64,000 bases of DNA from Tortispora ganteri (taxonomy: Eukaryota). The position numbers and the translations under genes were made by a program. Below are positions 10,729-21,800 of this stretch, piece by piece (position 1 is the first letter of the stretch; every line of letters starts with the position of its first letter). The stretch is from positions 496,001 to 560,000 of the forward strand of contig PPNB01000003.1 in assembly GCA_003707115.1 (NCBI GenBank), given 5' to 3'. The notes under the pieces are model-generated. The model did no database searches. It saw nothing but the letters and a program-made list of their open reading frames with translations, and was not told the origin of the DNA.

Positions 10729-12125
10729 CTTTTATGAAGAAACACCAGTAAGGGTATTTCTCTCACCTAGCAACCTTTCCCAAAAACCCTAAAGAATACG
10801 TAAAGGTCATACTTTAGGCAATTCTATTCGAGCTGTAGGTTTCTACACAAAATACGCAAAACAAGAAATGACTTCATGATAGAATATTGCACAGCTTTAT
10901 GTATAGAAGATCGGCGACCTTATTTTCTCATGAATGGTGAAGAGCAACTCTGTATCCGAATTCCGGAATGACAAAACTGATGGGAAACACTAATTCATAA
11001 GGTTTCATAAGCGATTTGTTAAAAGAGAGCTAATACTTCGCCATGCGTTAGAGGAACTTTTAAAAGGGTCAGATCCAAAAATATATAGAATGAATACACA
11101 GAAGTGCATATCAATCGTTGAAGAAATGTTGCTCTTACCAAGCAATAGATGTCAAGGCTTCGTATTTGACATTTGAATTTTATTATGATTTGAGTTCACT
11201 TAATTTACAATAAATCACGCTAGAATGCGAGCATTTATGGAATTAGTCAGGCAGACATCGACATTTCCACTTAATCTGATTTTTTAACAGTAAATAATTT
11301 AAATGGTATGAAATACGAAAGTGTTTATCACAAATATAAAACAATTAGTTAAGAAACTAGTGAAAGAAACAGAAATTGAAGGTTAATAAAATGATTATCG
11401 TCGGTCGCCATAATGAGGTGTCATTACAGCAGAACAATAGGTACTCTCTTTCTGACAAGTTATTTAGATGTAAAAGTATTAAACGAGATTGTTAAATTGC
11501 GCTAACCGACTGCTACAGGCGCCGTTCACGGCCAGGTTGTAGGTTATATAAGCTTTGATGCAAAGTTTATTTAAGTTCGTAGGTAAGACCCTAGGATTTC
11601 GGCTTCTCCCATGATCCCCATCTGCACCGAATTCTTTTGGCATTAGAGTATCTTCACTTTTGACCTGACACATTTCGCTTTCCATTACAGGATTTGCTTT
11701 AACATTACGCCTACCATAACATATTTTAACTACATTGGATAAATATCTCGCGTAATTTGCGTTTCTATAAGGCTATAACTACGACATATTTTAGAGAGTT
11801 AGCCTTGATCGAAGTGGAGCCGCATTGCCTCATTGCTGTATCTGCTGATTTCAAAATCGTTCTCTAACCCGAAGCATTAGATCCTTACATACATGATAAT
11901 ATAAAAGTTTTATTTGGCTTTGTTTTATTGCGTTTGTTTTACTTTAATTCTTAAAGCACCAGAGCATATTCCCTTAACAGTTTTCTTTCCCGAATAGCCG
12001 TTTTATTATAGGCTCTTCAAGAAGTACACTGAGTTTGTTAAAACTTCGTAAGGAAGAGTTTATTCGCTTGAAGAGTGATCAACAGGAGTGTATATTTTAG
12101 CTGAATTCTCTTTCTCTTTATTATT

Positions 12126-14345
12126 ATGAAAAAGTTTGATTATCAAAACTACCGGACTTTGGCGAACGGCAATCAGCCGAATCACACTGGACAATTTGTA
12201 CCAACAAATTTACCACACACAGGAGCACCCAATACAGATCGTTCGCAATCTGTGCAAGATTCAAATATGCTAGAAAGACAGAGGAAAATTGGCTTGCCGA
12301 GTCCTACAAGCCTTACTGATCAGCCGCAACTGCAACGCAATAATTCAGGCAATACCGGTTCGTTGGGTCGGCCTGAAGGTTCTAACGCACCCGCGAACTT
12401 TATCTCTATGTCATCCTTGAATGACTATTCAACTTCTAATCCATATAATCAGTCTGGTATGTCCCCTTCAAATATTTCTTCGAGACACCCTTCTAGAAGT
12501 TACTCTTTCACTGAAAGTCCCGCTCCTAGACCCCTTGATCCTGTGGCTCAAAATACTAATGATCCTTCTCCACAGTATTCGAAACCTTTAAAAAGTGAAG
12601 CTCCTGGGTCATCAGATTTTGTTCGCAAATTATATTCCATGCTCCAAGATATGTCTTATGCTGATACAGTCAAATGGAATGAAAAGGGGGACTCGTTCAT
12701 CGTTCTTGACACCAACTCTTTCACAAACTACATATTACCGAAGCATTTTAAGCATTGCAATTTTTCTAGTTTTGTTCGACAGTTGAATAAGTACGATTTT
12801 CACAAGGTCCGAACTATGGATGAAGACGGTAAAATGAAATATGGTACCGGTTCATGGGAATTTAAACATCCAGATTTCCAAATGAACAAGGATGAACTAC
12901 TAGAAAATATAAAAAGGAAACCTCCAACTTCTAAAAAGACTACTGCTGCGCAAGCCGCTGCTACTTCACAAGTGGCTGATGCCCATGCACAATCGTTCGA
13001 CACTACAAATCAGTTGCAAGAGGAAATAAACGATCTAAAGGCTCAAAATCAATCTCTTACTGCGAGTTTGGATAGACTCTACAAGAATCATGCTGAGCTT
13101 CTGAGCCAAGTTCAGCTTATGCAAGAATCCAATGACGCTAGAGACGATCTTCTCACCAATATGGTTTCTATTTTCACATCTAAGACATTTCATCTTAATG
13201 AGCCATCCAATCAGCATAAGTCTCCTAATGCAGACAATAGTTCTGCATATTCACCAATATCTCATATTGCTGCCCAAAAACTGGTAGATTCTCTGCATAA
13301 CGTCATGAAATTTCATTTGAATGTGGCTCGAAATAACCAAGCCGAATCTCTTATGAAATCTTTGAGCGATTTTGATTCTGGTTCGCCAAAGGGTCGCAAA
13401 GCAAAGGAAAAAGCTCAAAGAGGGCGGAATAAAAGTGATTTAGTTTTGGAAAAAGAGGGGCATAGCATGGCGTCTCAACAAATTGGAATATCTATGGATT
13501 CTACAAAGTCCGCTGCAGACCAAAGTATGACGAACACAAGTGTTGTACCTAAATGGGCAGTGCCCCCTAAAGTCTTGCTTGTCGAAGATGATGTTATTGC
13601 GCGTAATTTATCATTCAGATTTCTGAAACGCTTTGGTTGTGACATCGATTTCGCAGCCGATGGATTAACGGCGGTTGATAAGATGAACCAATGCAAGTAT
13701 GATATTGTGCTTATGGATATCATGATGCCAAATTTAGATGGTGTTTCAGCTACAAATTTGATTCGTCAGTTTGATCAGTTGACACCTATTATTTCTATGA
13801 CTAGCAATGTTCAAACTGGAGACGTTATGAATTATTTTTCCAACGGAATGAACGATGTTTTGGCTAAACCCTTTACTAAAGACGGATTGAAAGGAATATT
13901 AGACAAGCACTTAATTCACTTGAAAGCAATGAAGAACATTTCTAATATTCGCAATGCCATGCAGACGGATAACCAATATGATTCACGGCCTAAAATTACC
14001 GAAGTTTCTGGAAATGAAGCGTATCCTGAGATGAATTCCAATGTGGAGCGAAAGGGTAAGGAGGTAAATAATTCAGCTAATGGTTATCAGATGCGGCAAC
14101 AGGATACCTTCGACTGTTTCAATCCTAACTCATTAAATAACGATGGTTTAGAGTCTGATTCGAATTCGCTTATGAATGACCTTCGGTTGAATGTGACATT
14201 AGACCAAATGACTCCTCCATCACATGCATTGAATGACGGTACTACTTCTCCCAGCATTATCGGAGGAATGTCATTTCTGATACCTGATTCTTTGATGAAT
14301 AATGGAACCGATGATCATGTTTCCAAAAGATCTCGCAAACGATGA
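12126..14345 (+). CDS. SKN7: HSF-domain plus response-regulator transcription factor (Skn7/Prr1)
   Basis: HSF DNA-binding domain (FVRKLYSML...LPKHFKHCNFSSFVRQLNKYDFHKV), a coiled coil, and a receiver domain (VLLVEDD...MDIMMPNLDG...LAKPF). Confidence 0.95.
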   Translation: MKKFDYQNYRTLANGNQPNHTGQFVPTNLPHTGAPNTDRSQSVQDSNMLERQRKIGLPSPTSLTDQPQLQRNNSGNTGSLGRPEGSNAPANFISMSSLNDYSTSNPYNQSGMSPSNISSRHPSRSYSFTESPAPRPLDPVAQNTNDPSPQYSKPLKSEAPGSSDFVRKLYSMLQDMSYADTVKWNEKGDSFIVLDTNSFTNYILPKHFKHCNFSSFVRQLNKYDFHKVRTMDEDGKMKYGTGSWEFKHPDFQMNKDELLENIKRKPPTSKKTTAAQAAATSQVADAHAQSFDTTNQLQEEINDLKAQNQSLTASLDRLYKNHAELLSQVQLMQESNDARDDLLTNMVSIFTSKTFHLNEPSNQHKSPNADNSSAYSPISHIAAQKLVDSLHNVMKFHLNVARNNQAESLMKSLSDFDSGSPKGRKAKEKAQRGRNKSDLVLEKEGHSMASQQIGISMDSTKSAADQSMTNTSVVPKWAVPPKVLLVEDDVIARNLSFRFLKRFGCDIDFAADGLTAVDKMNQCKYDIVLMDIMMPNLDGVSATNLIRQFDQLTPIISMTSNVQTGDVMNYFSNGMNDVLAKPFTKDGLKGILDKHLIHLKAMKNISNIRNAMQTDNQYDSRPKITEVSGNEAYPEMNSNVERKGKEVNNSANGYQMRQQDTFDCFNPNSLNNDGLESDSNSLMNDLRLNVTLDQMTPPSHALNDGTTSPSIIGGMSFLIPDSLMNNGTDDHVSKRSRKR

Positions 14346-14602
14346 AGAGATGCCGCAGACCAAACAGCATTTTTAACCCTCGTTTGCATATAAGGATAAA
14401 TGTTTCAGCACTTCTCTGACCCACACATATATACAAAAAAGCGGGAGAGCAGAATATTCTTCCTGCTTATCTTATACAAAATTTGCATTCTCTTTTTATT
14501 TCATGTTTTTTTTTAGAGTAGTTGGCCTTTTCCTATGTATGTTTGTATGATTAGTTTCGTAAAACGCCGTGCTGGTAAACCTGAAAGACAAAACATTTCG
14601 CA

Positions 14603-14608
14603 ACGCGT
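14603..14608. promoter_or_regulatory. MCB element (ACGCGT) upstream of RAD27
   Basis: ACGCGT about 56 nt before the RAD27 ATG, consistent with G1/S regulation of a replication gene. Confidence 0.5.
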
Positions 14609-14663
14609 TCGCTGAGCCGCACCTGCATTTGGACATATCTAAACCTTTGGCGTACCACCAAAA

Positions 14664-15837
14664 ATGGGCATTAAAGGTAAGTAATAAGGCGATAAAAGTT
14701 CAATTTAAATACTTACATTTCCTAGGATTGAATCGTTTAATATCTGAGCATGCGCCGAATGCAATTAAGACTGGGGAGATGAAACAGTTCGCGGGACGCA
14801 AAGTCGCGATCGACGCGTCTATGTCATTATATCAATTTTTGATCAATGTTCGTCAGCAAGATGGGAGCCAGTTAACCAATGAGGCTGGCGAGACAACGAG
14901 TCATTTGGTTGGTTTATTTTCTCGTACTGTTCGTATGGTCAGTAATGGATTGAAACCATTGTATGTATTCGACGGCAAACCGCCCGTATTAAAGAGCCAG
15001 GAACTCGGAAAGCGATTTGCTAAGAGACAAGAAGCTGAAAAAGCCGCAGAGGAAGCTACAAAAGAAGGCAAAGTTGAAGAATATGATAAGTATGCAAGAC
15101 GTACAGTGAAAGTGACTAGAGAACAGAACGAAGAAGCTAAAGAATTACTAAGATTGATGGGCATCCCATATATTGAAGCTCCTTGCGAAGCTGAGGCACA
15201 ATGTGCCGAATTGGCTCGGTCGGGAGTAGTTTATGCAGCTGCTTCCGAAGACATGGATACATTATGTTTTGGTACGCCTGTGCTGCTGCGACATCTGACA
15301 TTCTCAGAACAGAAAAAGGTGCCTGTTACAGAACTGTTTCTCGACAAAGCTCTACGCGGGTTAGATATGGACATGGATACTTTTGTTGATTTATGTATTC
15401 TTTTAGGGTGCGACTATCTGGAAACAATTCCCGGTATTGGTCCAGTTACTGCGTTGAAGTTACTGCGCGAGCATAAAAACCTCGAAGGGGTAATCGAGCA
15501 TTTGAGATCTTCTTCGTCGAAGTACATTATTCCAGAAGATTGGCCTTACCAAGATGCCAGAGCGTTATTTCGCAACCATGATGTTATGAAAGGTTCCGAA
15601 TGTGAGATTTCATGGAAGAAACCTGATGTTGACGGCTTGATTGAGTTCTTAGTGGCCAAAAGAGGTTTTAGCGAAGATCGCGTAAGATCTGCTGCCGAGA
15701 AGTTGATCAAGGGAGTATCTCAAGGATATCAAGCGCGCCTAGACGGATTCTTCAAAAAGAAACCGGTTCCTGAAGGCACTGAGAAACGTAAAAGTGTATC
15801 TGGAAAAAATAATGTCGCAAAAAAACAAAAGAAATAA
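14664..15837 (+). CDS. RAD27: Flap endonuclease 1; join(14664..14676, 14726..15837)
   Basis: ATGGGCATTAAAG|GTAAGT...TAG|GATTG gives MGIKGLNRLI after a 49-nt intron. Motifs [26 protein letters not shown] and a PIP box QARLDGFF are present. Confidence 0.97.
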
Positions 15838-15852
15838 ACGCTATCTTCCAGT

Positions 15853-16884
15853 TCACATAGTCTCTGGAGCCTTTACTTTGAATTGTTCCACTTGTTCCTG
15901 CAATTTCTGTAAATCCGCAAGCAAAGCTGCCGTACTGTCAATTTCAGAATGCGTTTGCTCCTTCATTTCATGCATGTCTGCGCGTGCCAAATCTGATCTT
16001 ATTGTTTTATTGTCAATATGCCCTGAATGCTTCCTACTAGGTGGAGGCGGGGGAGGCCGTCTAACGGCATTACCGCTAGAACTGGAATCTGATGGTTGTC
16101 TTCGATGTCTAGGTGGAGGTGGCGTAGGTGTACGCTTTTGTTTGAGATCCAATGCAGGGTGTAAATCGACAGTCTCAATGATGTTTTCACACATGGATGT
16201 AATAGTAGATGAGATTGAATCGCCAGTATTAACATTAGAGTCGTTAGAGGCGCTAGATATATTATCCAGATCCGGGAACTGGGATTCGAAATGTGTAACC
16301 AAAGTTTCTTTCGAACTTTCAGGCGCTTGAACAGACTTCAAGTTCAGTTCACTAGTGTCTGACTCGGAATCAGTAGCATTTGTGTTACTGTTGCCGTTTA
16401 GGGAACCTGCCATCATTCGCATGAATGCTTCGAGCTCTGCGCGTTTATCTGGAGAAGGCTCTGAAGGCTCATCATCATAATCAAGACGTACATGAGTGTC
16501 GGATTCTATGTCATAAATGTCCGGAGAAAGAGAGACTCTCTTAGGGACTGGTGCTAGTTCTCTTTTCTTCTTCGCTAAGATAGATTTCGGCTGCGGGATA
16601 GGCGCCGGGACATAAATCAGAGAACGATGCGGTTGAGATCCTTCCAGGACGTGGCTCATTAACCGCATGGCGGCAAAGAAGTTACCCAAATCAATTGTGG
16701 CAAAAGTTCCTTCAGTTAGGCGTAACACCTTTTTTCTATCAGCAGGTGAAAGAGCGAAGTTCTCTATGAATGATTCAACATCGCCCACCAAGAGGTGTCC
16801 GCCGCCACGACGACTTGCCAGATCAGAATACCATCTCGTATAAGTGCGAAACTCCGGTTGCGAGAGCAAATCAGGAGACAGCAT
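15853..16884 (-). CDS. Scd5-like protein (EH-like N-terminal domain, Pro-rich C-terminal region)
   Basis: EFRTYTRWYSDL and IDLGNFFAAMRLMSH resemble the yeast Scd5 N-terminus. It also has PKSIL/KRVSL and PPPPRHRR/PPPPPPSRK motifs. First in-frame ATG is at 16884. Confidence 0.55.
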   Translation of the reverse strand: MLSPDLLSQPEFRTYTRWYSDLASRRGGGHLLVGDVESFIENFALSPADRKKVLRLTEGTFATIDLGNFFAAMRLMSHVLEGSQPHRSLIYVPAPIPQPKSILAKKKRELAPVPKRVSLSPDIYDIESDTHVRLDYDDEPSEPSPDKRAELEAFMRMMAGSLNGNSNTNATDSESDTSELNLKSVQAPESSKETLVTHFESQFPDLDNISSASNDSNVNTGDSISSTITSMCENIIETVDLHPALDLKQKRTPTPPPPRHRRQPSDSSSSGNAVRRPPPPPPSRKHSGHIDNKTIRSDLARADMHEMKEQTHSEIDSTAALLADLQKLQEQVEQFKVKAPETM

Positions 16885-17080
16885 GCAGTTCAACTATAGT
16901 CTTAGTTGGGCAATATTCTTAGTAGAGCCTTTTGCTATGTTAAAACAGTGCAACGGAAATGTTCTTGAGTGTGGGCGGGTGAGTAATCGTGTGAGCGCCG
17001 CAATTACTATATCTGGACAGGCAGTTAAGCTTGGTGGGGGAGAAAAACTCGCAGGGCAAGCAAGCGACTAGCAATACAAC

Positions 17081-17929
17081 ATGAACACATTAGACATTGT
17101 TCTACGGTTCGTTAAGCCTCGAATTGCAGAGTGGGTTGAGCAACATGAAGTTGGTCCATTTATTCTTGGAGTGACTGGAGTACAAGGATCAGGAAAATCT
17201 TATCTAGTGGAAAAATTAGGATCAACGCTTGAGAAGGAGGGGTACAATGTGGGGTACTTATCGTTGGATGACTTATATTTGACTCATAGCGATATGCTTG
17301 ATTTGCAGGAAAGAGAGTTAGGTAACTATTTTGTGCAGCGACGGGGTGTCCCGGGTACTCATGATGTTGAATTGGCTAAACGTACGTTGCGAGATTTGCG
17401 TACACAGAGGCAAGGGACAATATTGATTCCGCGATATGACAAAAGTCGATTCAACGGCGAAGGCGATAGATATCCAGAGCAGGAATGGAGCACAGTGGTT
17501 GCGCCTTTAGATATTGTTATATTTGAAGGGTGGTTTTTGGGATTTGAATCGTTGAATGAACAAGAATTGCAAATGCAATCTGAGTACTCTTTACATTCTC
17601 TTAAGGAAATTGAGTTTATTAATCAGAACCTCAGAGAATATCAAAAATCATTCATGAATATTGACGATTTGAATGTATTAATACAATTGGACCCCAAAGA
17701 GCTCGCATTTGTCTTCAATTGGCGATTACAACAAGAGTATGACCTGATCTCAAAAAAAGGTACCGGAATGAGTCCTGGACAAGTGTTCGAATTCGTTAAT
17801 GGATATATGCCGGCCTATTTTCTATATTGGGATAATCTTCGCAGAGCTACACTCCGAAATACTCCTGGTAATCATCTTAGGATAATCCTTGAGGAGAATC
17901 GAACACCATCAAAGATCGAAATATTGTAA
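17081..17929 (+). CDS. TDA10: P-loop kinase, Tda10/D-glycerate 3-kinase family
   Basis: Walker A GVQGSGKS, SLDDLYLTH, RGVPGTHD, PRYDKS..GEGDR, IFEGWFLGF, WRLQQE. Confidence 0.88.
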   Translation: MNTLDIVLRFVKPRIAEWVEQHEVGPFILGVTGVQGSGKSYLVEKLGSTLEKEGYNVGYLSLDDLYLTHSDMLDLQERELGNYFVQRRGVPGTHDVELAKRTLRDLRTQRQGTILIPRYDKSRFNGEGDRYPEQEWSTVVAPLDIVIFEGWFLGFESLNEQELQMQSEYSLHSLKEIEFINQNLREYQKSFMNIDDLNVLIQLDPKELAFVFNWRLQQEYDLISKKGTGMSPGQVFEFVNGYMPAYFLYWDNLRRATLRNTPGNHLRIILEENRTPSKIEIL

Positions 17930-17957
17930 ATCATTTATATAATAAAGAAAGATAAGA

Positions 17958-18821
17958 ATGATATCCATGTTCACTTTTAGGTCCCCGTTGCTCCATCTTC
18001 GTCTTCCCCTGACAGGCAAACCTTCGTGCTCGCTATTTCATACATTAAGGCGGCCCACCATTGCAAAGTCCATCAGACCTAATGATTTACTAGCTAAACG
18101 CTTTCGATCTAATTGGATATATCAAGCTAAAGCTTGGTCTCAGGTTCAAAAATACAAAATCCAGAGAGCCTGGCGACGTAATCTCTCACCTGAAGCACGG
18201 GGAGCAGTAATTACTGTCGGCGGCGCTCTGTTTTTCTTTTTTTTTATTACACCATTCCTCTTTCTACTGATGCCCTTTGTTATCATTATGGTATCATTGG
18301 CTTATTTTCGATACCGTCGATCAGGTGCATACCAATTTAAGAAGATATGGGACCAGATGACCCGCAACAGCATTAACATGTCGCGAATGGGTGCAATGGC
18401 TGACGATACTCAATATCGCGATTTCGCCCTCAAACGCGTATCCCAGGCTTTTAAGCGTAATGAACTTGACATTGCTACTGCCTTTGGTTTTCCAAGGTCA
18501 AGTGTCGGCCTAGAAATCAGCGATCTTGAATCAATCTCTCAGGAGTACCGCAGTAATAACTCCACTACAGCCCTGACCGTGCTAAACTACACTCTATTCC
18601 GTCTTCACAAACCAATAGCACAACTACGACTCACGATCTTGGATGATCAAAGCTACAACAACTCACTCCGTGCCCGTATAGACCTGCTCATGCTCTATCC
18701 GAGTCCAGTTACACATAGACTAGAAACATTCTCATTCGACTACTCAAATCCTTCTAGCTCAGATCGATCTGATCCAGATCATCCAGATTATATAGACGTC
18801 ACTGCTCACCGTGTGAAATAA
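17958..18821 (+). CDS. Hypothetical membrane protein, probably mitochondrial
   Basis: 287-aa ORF with an Arg/Ser/Leu-rich, acid-poor N-terminus and a long hydrophobic segment (AVITVGGALFFFFFITPFLFLLMPFVIIMVSLAYF). No family recognised. Confidence 0.6.
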   Translation: MISMFTFRSPLLHLRLPLTGKPSCSLFHTLRRPTIAKSIRPNDLLAKRFRSNWIYQAKAWSQVQKYKIQRAWRRNLSPEARGAVITVGGALFFFFFITPFLFLLMPFVIIMVSLAYFRYRRSGAYQFKKIWDQMTRNSINMSRMGAMADDTQYRDFALKRVSQAFKRNELDIATAFGFPRSSVGLEISDLESISQEYRSNNSTTALTVLNYTLFRLHKPIAQLRLTILDDQSYNNSLRARIDLLMLYPSPVTHRLETFSFDYSNPSSSDRSDPDHPDYIDVTAHRVK

Positions 18822-18871
18822 ATAAATACTTATATTTACAAATTGCATATATTCTGATACATTCTGACTCT

Positions 18872-21800
18872 CTATAATTCGTCGTGACCGTATTGACCAT
18901 CTTGGCTTATTGGGATTTCCTCATTTGTGTGTTGTTTCAATATTTCCGCAAGCTTTTCTTCTGGCGGTTTCTCCGAGCCTTCTAGTTGAATGCTAACAGA
19001 TTCTCTTAGGGCGGCTATATCATCATCATACTCACTCCATTCATGCAGTTGGCGCCGTGCACGTGCCAGTTTAGGCTCCTTCGTCAATGGATTGTTGCAT
19101 AAGTCAATCGTCTTTGCCCGTTCTAAGCTTTCATCTGAACACCAGGTCTCGCACCATAGCCATTCTTGTGGTAGTGAATATATAGGAACAACATTTTGCA
19201 TGTTATTCGGTAAATCTTGGTCTAAATTGCTCAAAGATCCCTTGTCAGCTGAAAGTATCTGGTACTCTTCACGTAAGATATCACCCGCTCCCATATCTCG
19301 GAATTTGTTCAAATCAATAACATACAATGCACTAATGTGATACGGTTTTCCACGGAGCGTTCGTTGCCAGTATCCTTGCTTCCAAAATCGAAATCCTTCC
19401 ATCTCTTCACGTGAATCACACATAGGAGTATATCCATACGGCGCACCATGTAAATCAATATCGACAAGCTCCTTCATGTCGGTTCTAACAACTTGGTCAG
19501 CGTCAACAAATATTACCTTGTCTAAATTCAATGGAAACATCACATCCAAAAACAATATTTTGTAGCCCCAGATTTCTCTTTGTTTTTCCTCTTGTTGTCT
19601 TAACCAGTTTGGCCATTTATATGTGATCAGCTCGTACGTGAATCCGTACTTGTCAGCCAACACGGGTAAAAACTGTTTAAAAGATGGAGAAAGGAAGTTC
19701 TCAATAAACCAAAACTTTACAGTGTGCTCAGTGTGTCGCATCACACTGGCAGTCATAATCGATAAAAACCTTTCATACAGATGCCCGCTGGCAACGCTGA
19801 AAATGTTGATTTCAGCTTTTGGTTTAGCAATACTTTCGTTGCCAGACAAATCAGTAGATAATCTATACTTCGGAATTGGTTTTCGCCCCTTGACATCCTT
19901 TCTTGTTAAGTCAACAGATATTTTGGCTCCAGACAATGATGTTATATACACATGTCCAACAGCTCTCTTCTGATTCACAGATTTCTGCATAATTCTATCA
20001 ATATTGAAAAATTCGTTAAGCTCCTTGGTTTTCAAATTAATATCGTAAATACCGGGCCTGCTTCGAAATTGAAAGTATCCTAGATTTGCCATGACCAGCG
20101 TATCTCCAACAGACTCTTTGGCCAAGTTTTTCAAGTCTAGTTGCGCACCTTGCGGAGGTTTGTTGACAGACAAATCATTAGCATGTCCCTCAACCAGAAT
20201 ATTGGTCAATTCGTAAACAGCGGTGACATTAGGAGATTCTGGAGTTAGAATGATATTTTCTAGATCAGTCTTAGAGTCTTTAGGCATAACTAGCCAAGAA
20301 GGTTCCACCTCAAGGGCTAGATTCAGGAGAACTTTTTCTGGAATCTCTGAAAACACCAATTTCTCGGAATACAATGTACCATTCGCGTCAAAAATAGGTT
20401 CTGTGGGAAATACAGAGCGATAAAAACGTTTTGGAGGTTCCTGGATTTCGGCTGGACTGAATATCACTTTTATAAACACGTCTTTCAGTTTCGCCAATGA
20501 ATCAAGATACGATATGATTCTTTGGCCTCTTTGGGAGGTCGGATTAACAATAGCAGTTATTGAAAGACCGCTCCCAGGTGAAACAGTTCCAATCTCAAAT
20601 CCAACATCTTTAGTGCTTAACTGTCCTGGAAACCATGCTCTAACAGCATCACCCATGATTCCTAAAGAAGATGGAACATAGTAAGTCTTCGAAATCAATG
20701 ATATGATTGAAGAGACGGTTGCAGAATCTCCAGCTAGTACTGGATCAAAGTCCTTCAGCTTTTTCAGCGGGCCCTCAATGCGGGAGATATATTCAACGCT
20801 GAACAGCATCTGGAAGTCAACAGACGTAAAAGGGAACGATTTGGGAAAAAAAATTAGACGGCCATCCAGACATACGCTGTAAGAAGTATCTGATTTACCA
20901 AGTCGGCTCATAATTTCCGTAGGAATTTCCGAGAATGGTACAAGAGACTCTTCATTAAAAGATTCCAGATCCGTAAACTGGTCACTATCAATAGCATTCA
21001 GCATATCACTGACGGAACTTTCATTCTTTCCAAGACCAATCTGCGCCAGTGCTTGCACGAATCTATTCGATTTTAAGCCAGTGTGAACCAGCTTCAAAGT
21101 AGTTTTCCCACTTTCTTCATCTTTTTGATTTAAGAACCTCAAAGCCTCAACAGCTAAAGATTTTCCTTCTGGGGTAGTGAAATCAGCAGATAATATAAAA
21201 GTTCCATTGGCAATGTCTTCTTGAGATTTGGATGTGAATGAAGGGATATGCGTCAAGTATGGCATGATGTCGGAAAGATCTATAAAGTCATGTGCTCCAA
21301 TACCGGTTGTGCGAATATAAGGATTAATCTCGTGAATACCCATATCTGCAATTACATTCTCAATGGAAGATTCATCAGTAATAAGGCCTTCCTTTACCAT
21401 ATTCGTGATAACACTTACATCTTGTGAAAGTTTTTTCATCATGCTCATCATCCAAGATTCATCAGACATATCTATTGGAAATCCGTTACCGAACGCCAGC
21501 ATAGAGTTTTTCGTGACACCTAGTCTCCTTGCCCAATCATTAGCACTTTCAGAATGTTTTTCGTATTCATTAAGAGCCTCAGAATAAGAAAGAGCTTCCT
21601 TATCTGCTTTAACCGGAAACATATCGGATATTTTATTAAATCCGGTTTTATCAGCAATGCCTTCGTTGTTCAAGAGAACTGCCAAGTAGTTCAATGAAGT
21701 CAAAAATCCATAACGGTCAAAAAAGTAGTAAAAAGCACTAGCGGCTTTTTTCATTTCCTCATCTTGTGCCAAAGGGATAATTCCTATTCTGACAGGCATT

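Noticed and set aside
10860..11460. Possible C/D snoRNA cluster (ATGATT...CTGA pairs) and a bulged inverted repeat at 10937/11128
   Set aside because: There is no consensus RTGATGA C box and no rRNA-complementary guide of 10 nt or more that I could identify.
14569..14663. ORF-track N-terminal extension of RAD27
   Set aside because: It is an artefact of reading back through the intron frame from a GTG. The spliced MGIKGL start is canonical.
15280..15300. Alternative CUG decoding (Ser or Ala)
   Set aside because: CTG codons fall at conserved Leu positions of FEN1 (LLRHLTF), which supports the standard code.
15794..16330. Long antisense ORFs (this one, 54769-55278, 40823-41233 and many shorter ones)
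   Set aside because: They lie opposite well-supported genes and have no recognisable domains, as expected for shadow ORFs.
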